Source: an uncultured Alphaproteobacteria bacterium (GTDB lineage: Bacteria; Pseudomonadota; Alphaproteobacteria; CAAHEQ01; UBA3637). From it: a stretch of 64,000 nt of DNA. Below, one piece after another: positions 61,105 to 64,000 of the stretch. The DNA is taken from contig CALXUB010000019.1 in assembly GCA_944391565.1 (NCBI GenBank), positions 6,919 through 70,918 of the forward strand, in the 5' to 3' direction. The notes below the pieces were generated by a model. That model did no database searches. It was not told the DNA's origin and was given only the letters and a program-made list of their open reading frames with translations. Numbering within the stretch: position 1 is the first letter of the stretch; each line of letters begins with the position of its first letter. Both the position numbers and the translations under genes were made by a program.

Positions 61105-61257
61105 TTATTTTCTTCGAAGACGAATGAAAAAACCCGACCGATAATAAATCAGGTCAATCATTGCAGCAACCAGCGCAATCACGACAACCGTTTTTCCAAA
61201 CCAACCGAGGGATGTGAACAAATACCATAGCTCTTCCAGCGTTGCAAGAAAATTCAT
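61105..61257 (-). CDS. small hydrophobic ORF (50 aa; MNFLATLEELWYLFTSLGWFGKTVVVIALVAAMIDLIYYRSGFFIRLRRK)
   Basis: Below the track's length threshold. Found by reading the minus strand. One predicted transmembrane helix and a basic C-terminus. Confidence 0.25.
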   Translation of the reverse strand: MNFLATLEELWYLFTSLGWFGKTVVVIALVAAMIDLIYYRSGFFIRLRRK

Positions 61258-61380
61258 GTCATACCTCTTATGTTTGAACTCGTTTTTTAAAAATTACCAC
61301 ATCAGATGTATTTTGACAAGGTTTTCTCATTCTATTGTTAAAAAGCGTTAAAAGGAGAAGCGGGAGCATTTCGGATTATT

Positions 61381-61586
61381 AAACCCGTCCGTTGGACAGA
61401 TTCTCCTCAATGCGAAAAAAGCCGGAATGTAAAACGGCTGACGCTCGTTTTATCCCTTCGGGACCGTCCCAAGGACGTCGTTCCCGCGGGCAAAATATCG
61501 CCCGCGCTTACCGAACCTCCGGTTCGCTTCAACGCCTGTCGGCGATTATAAAATAAAAACCCGTCCGTTGGACAGGTTTTTATTTT
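61381..61586. repeat. 19-bp direct repeat aaacccgtccgttggacag (61381-61399 and 61568-61586) bracketing a GC-rich structured ~170-bp segment; second copy embedded in a 12-bp IR (aaaataaaaacc…ggtttttatttt)
   Basis: Exact repeat seen directly in the sequence. The intervening segment contains the hairpins cgcgggc-aaaatat-cgcccgcg and agccg…cggct. Confidence 0.4.
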
Positions 61587-61905
61587 ATGGTGCGGAAAGC
61601 CGGATTCAATCCATTTTATAAATAAGCCTTGATTTTTCTTGCTTTTTCAATTTGTTGCATTCCAAAATTACACAGTTTGCATCACAATCAAATCACATGT
61701 TTATTATATATCAAAAAAGTATGGATGTAAGCCTTTTTTTGTCATCCCGATAAAAAAACAGGCAAGGTTTGGAGCCGATGGCAGTATGAATATCCACCTT
61801 TTTGCAATCATTCGCTTAAAAATTGGCTTTAAATTGTTAAATTTTATCGGGAGAGGAACAAAATCTATCCATAATTAAAAAAGAAGTCTGTTTTGTTTGA
61901 TTTTT

Positions 61906-62388
61906 CTATTCATCCTCATCGTCATCAGTCATTGGATCCATTGATTTAATAAAATTGCCGGTTTCTTTGTCTTTAATTTCAACAACAGTCCATTGAATGT
62001 CATCTCGGTTGAATTTAACTTCAATATTTTCGGATGCTTCAAAAACAGCAGCACCAATAAAACAATCCGTTTGATATGTATTTTGCAAGTGTTCTTCAAG
62101 GTGAGGTGTTAATCTGCAAACGCAAACCATACCAGAATCAGCAAAAAATTCAGGTTGTGTGACATTTTCACCATAAAGTCTGTTTGTCCAGTCGCCAAAA
62201 CCTGTTTCGCAAACATAGGCAGGATAACCGGTTCGCATATATAGGCATTTTTCAACCAATTCATTAAATTTTGCCCAATCTCTGACGTGTTTACAGCATT
62301 TTGACCAAAGTTCATCATTTAATAAATAACAAGGGTCTGTCACAACGTATTTAACCATATTAAAACTCCTTTTCGCTTGATGTTTCAT
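61906..62388 (-). CDS. hypothetical protein (160 aa, acidic C-terminus DDDEDE)
   Basis: ORF in an AT-rich segment between the autotransporter and the intact recombinase. I recognised no family. Confidence 0.45.
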   Translation of the reverse strand: MKHQAKRSFNMVKYVVTDPCYLLNDELWSKCCKHVRDWAKFNELVEKCLYMRTGYPAYVCETGFGDWTNRLYGENVTQPEFFADSGMVCVCRLTPHLEEHLQNTYQTDCFIGAAVFEASENIEVKFNRDDIQWTVVEIKDKETGNFIKSMDPMTDDDEDE

Positions 62389-62450
62389 ATACTTATTATG
62401 TCGTAAGTGCCTTAAAAAGTACGCAAAAAAACACTGGGATTGGAAAGAAT

Positions 62451-63050
62451 TTAATGTGGAAAAATGTTTTCAGACCTGATGTACCTATGAAGCGTAATCC
62501 AAGAACAGTCCATCAGTCTGGCTATTTCAGCTTTTGATACATTTTTATTTAATAGTTCTTTGATTTTTTTATCTTTCTTTTTTAATTTTTGATATGAAAA
62601 GCCATAAGGACGTCCTAAGTGTTTGCCTTCATCTTTTAAGCGTTTTAATGAATTTTTTGTTCTTTCGGAAATAAGCTGTCGTTCAATTTCGCTGGCAATT
62701 GAAAAAACAACGGCCAGCAATTTACTTTGAATATCAGCACCTAAGTGATAATTTTCTTTCAAAGTCCAGACTTGACAGCCTTTTTCAAGACAATTTTGTA
62801 AAATACTCATAACTTCCAATAAGTTGCGTCCCAGTCTGGATAATTCGGTTGCAATCAGAATATCGCCTTTTTTAAGACGCTTTAATAATTTGCCTAACTT
62901 CCGTTCATTTAAATGCTTTCGAGAGGATATTTGTTCTTCAACCCATTTATTGATCTGGATATTGTTTTCATTTGCAAAAGTTAAAAGTTCATGCTGTTGG
63001 TTGGCTGTATTTTGTTTGTCTGTACTGACCCTGATATATGCGTAAATCAT
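62451..63050 (-). CDS. serine recombinase, DNA invertase/resolvase family (Hin/Gin/Pin-like), intact
   Basis: Track ORF 62451..63083. The likely start is MIYAYIRVSTDKQ (catalytic-serine motif YIRVSTxxQ). A C-terminal HTH (SKAEIARLMDCSWITLHRYI). About 200 aa, typical of small serine invertases. Confidence 0.8.
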   Translation of the reverse strand: MIYAYIRVSTDKQNTANQQHELLTFANENNIQINKWVEEQISSRKHLNERKLGKLLKRLKKGDILIATELSRLGRNLLEVMSILQNCLEKGCQVWTLKENYHLGADIQSKLLAVVFSIASEIERQLISERTKNSLKRLKDEGKHLGRPYGFSYQKLKKKDKKIKELLNKNVSKAEIARLMDCSWITLHRYIRSENIFPH

Positions 63051-63234
63051 CGTAAAATCCTTATAAAAGTTGTTAAACACCATTATAAGAACTACTAAAA
63101 ATTGTTAAAAAATCACTGCTAAAAATAGACGCTATACATATATCACCGTCTATTTGATACATTGAAACAACACAAAAAATGGTTTCCCTAATTTTACTCT
63201 TTCGGTCATTATATTTAATTAAATTAAGGAATGC

Positions 63235-63282
63235 AAGCTTTTCCATCTAAACCACCGAAAAAACCTACAAAATCGGTGGTTT
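63235..63282. promoter_or_regulatory. 11-bp inverted repeat (aaaccaccga…tcggtggttt) abutting the start codon of the methyltransferase-like gene
   Basis: taaaccaccg-aaaaaacctacaaaa-tcggtggttt-ATG. This is either a stem-loop or an operator overlapping the RBS region. Confidence 0.35.
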
Positions 63283-63966
63283 ATGAATAGAATATCAGAC
63301 CAAATTGTATCAAAAAAACGGGTTGCAGATCATGGAGAGGTTTTTACCAATCCACGTGAAGTAAATGCGATGTTAGACCTTGTAAAACAAGAGACAGAGC
63401 GTATTGAAAGCCGTTTTTTAGAGCCTGCTTGTGGCAAAGGTGCTTTTTTGGCAGAAGTTTTACGTCGAAAATTAGCTGTTGTAAAAAGCAGGTATGCTAA
63501 AAGTCCTTTAGAATACGAACGTTATGCCATTTTAGCCATCAGCAGTATTTATGGAATCGATATTTTGGAAGATAATGTTGCCGATTGTCAAAATGAAATG
63601 CTGTCAATTTTTAAATCGGAATATAAAGCCGCTTTAAAACAAGAGTGTTCAGATGAATGCTTAAATTCAGCTCAATTCATCCTTCAAAAAAACATTGTTT
63701 GGGGTGATGCATTGACTTTAAAACGTGTTGATCATCCGGATCAGCCTATCGTTTTTTCGGAATGGTCGGCTGTTAATGGTAAAATGATGAAACGACGTGA
63801 TTATTCATTTAGCCAAATGGTTAACTGTTCAACTGAAGGCTTGCCCTTGTTTAATGTGAATGACAAGGGGGAGGATGTTTGGGCTCCAAGGCCGGTAAAA
63901 GAATTTCCATTAACACATTATTTGAAATTAGCAGAGGCAGAAAGAGAAGTTAATGATGCGGCCTAA
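63283..63966 (+). CDS. N6-adenine DNA methyltransferase-like protein (gamma-class motifs X and I present; catalytic NPPY/F motif not found)
   Basis: 227 aa. GEVFTNPREVNAML resembles motif X and EPACGKGAFL resembles motif I (FxGxG). Where motif IV is expected, the sequence reads IVWGDALT. Confidence 0.4.
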   Translation: MNRISDQIVSKKRVADHGEVFTNPREVNAMLDLVKQETERIESRFLEPACGKGAFLAEVLRRKLAVVKSRYAKSPLEYERYAILAISSIYGIDILEDNVADCQNEMLSIFKSEYKAALKQECSDECLNSAQFILQKNIVWGDALTLKRVDHPDQPIVFSEWSAVNGKMMKRRDYSFSQMVNCSTEGLPLFNVNDKGEDVWAPRPVKEFPLTHYLKLAEAEREVNDAA

Positions 63967-64000
63967 TCTTTATAATCCTGATGTACTGACTTGTTTAGCC

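Noticed and set aside
1-64000. rRNA or tRNA genes
   Set aside because: No cloverleaf-like or T-loop (GTTCGAATC-type) signatures or rRNA-like conserved stretches were recognised in intergenic regions on visual inspection. I cannot exclude a missed tRNA without running tRNAscan.

Overview
This 64 kb window is probably from an alphaproteobacterium. The evidence is the lpxD-fabZ-lpxA-lpxI-lpxB gene order with LpxI rather than LpxH, and the rpsB-tsf-pyrH-frr-uppS-cdsA-rseP-bamA arrangement. The first ~39 kb is a mostly minus-strand housekeeping backbone. It covers outer-membrane and LPS biogenesis, translation factors, dnaE, lolCD, a UvrD-family helicase, tcdA-like, tatD, trkH, an AsmA-family giant protein, ftsY, a MiaB-like methylthiotransferase and anmK. 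Small non-core genes are inserted into it: ribbon-helix-helix (RHH) paralogs, a SHOCT membrane protein, and two paralogous cysteine-rich secreted proteins interleaved with lolCD.

From ~39.5 kb onward the window is a patchwork of accessory and host-interaction-like content:
- An orphan type IV secretion coupling protein (VirD4/TraG family) is followed by a candidate toxin and a SUKH-like immunity gene.
- There is an ankyrin-repeat protein.
- A poly-C tract (C8-A-C6) sits in front of a signal-peptide-bearing cysteine-rich ORF that also carries an in-frame TAG. This is a candidate slipped-strand phase-variation locus.
- A ~9.7 kb cassette is bounded by two paralogous serine recombinase (DNA invertase/resolvase) genes, one inactivated by an in-frame TAA. 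It contains a 2285-aa autotransporter-like surface protein built from tandem eukaryote-like (ephrin-receptor-like) cysteine-rich repeats, an ankyrin-like N-terminal repeat and a (PDNPD)n linker.
- Immediately upstream of the autotransporter, a perfect 16-bp inverted repeat pair brackets a 97-bp AT-rich segment with promoter-like hexamers. This looks like an invertible promoter switch.

The most likely novel system is this recombinase-associated switch plus the eukaryote-like cysteine-repeat autotransporter. The T4 coupling protein with a toxin/immunity-like pair comes second.

I did not recognise any rRNA, tRNA or CRISPR.
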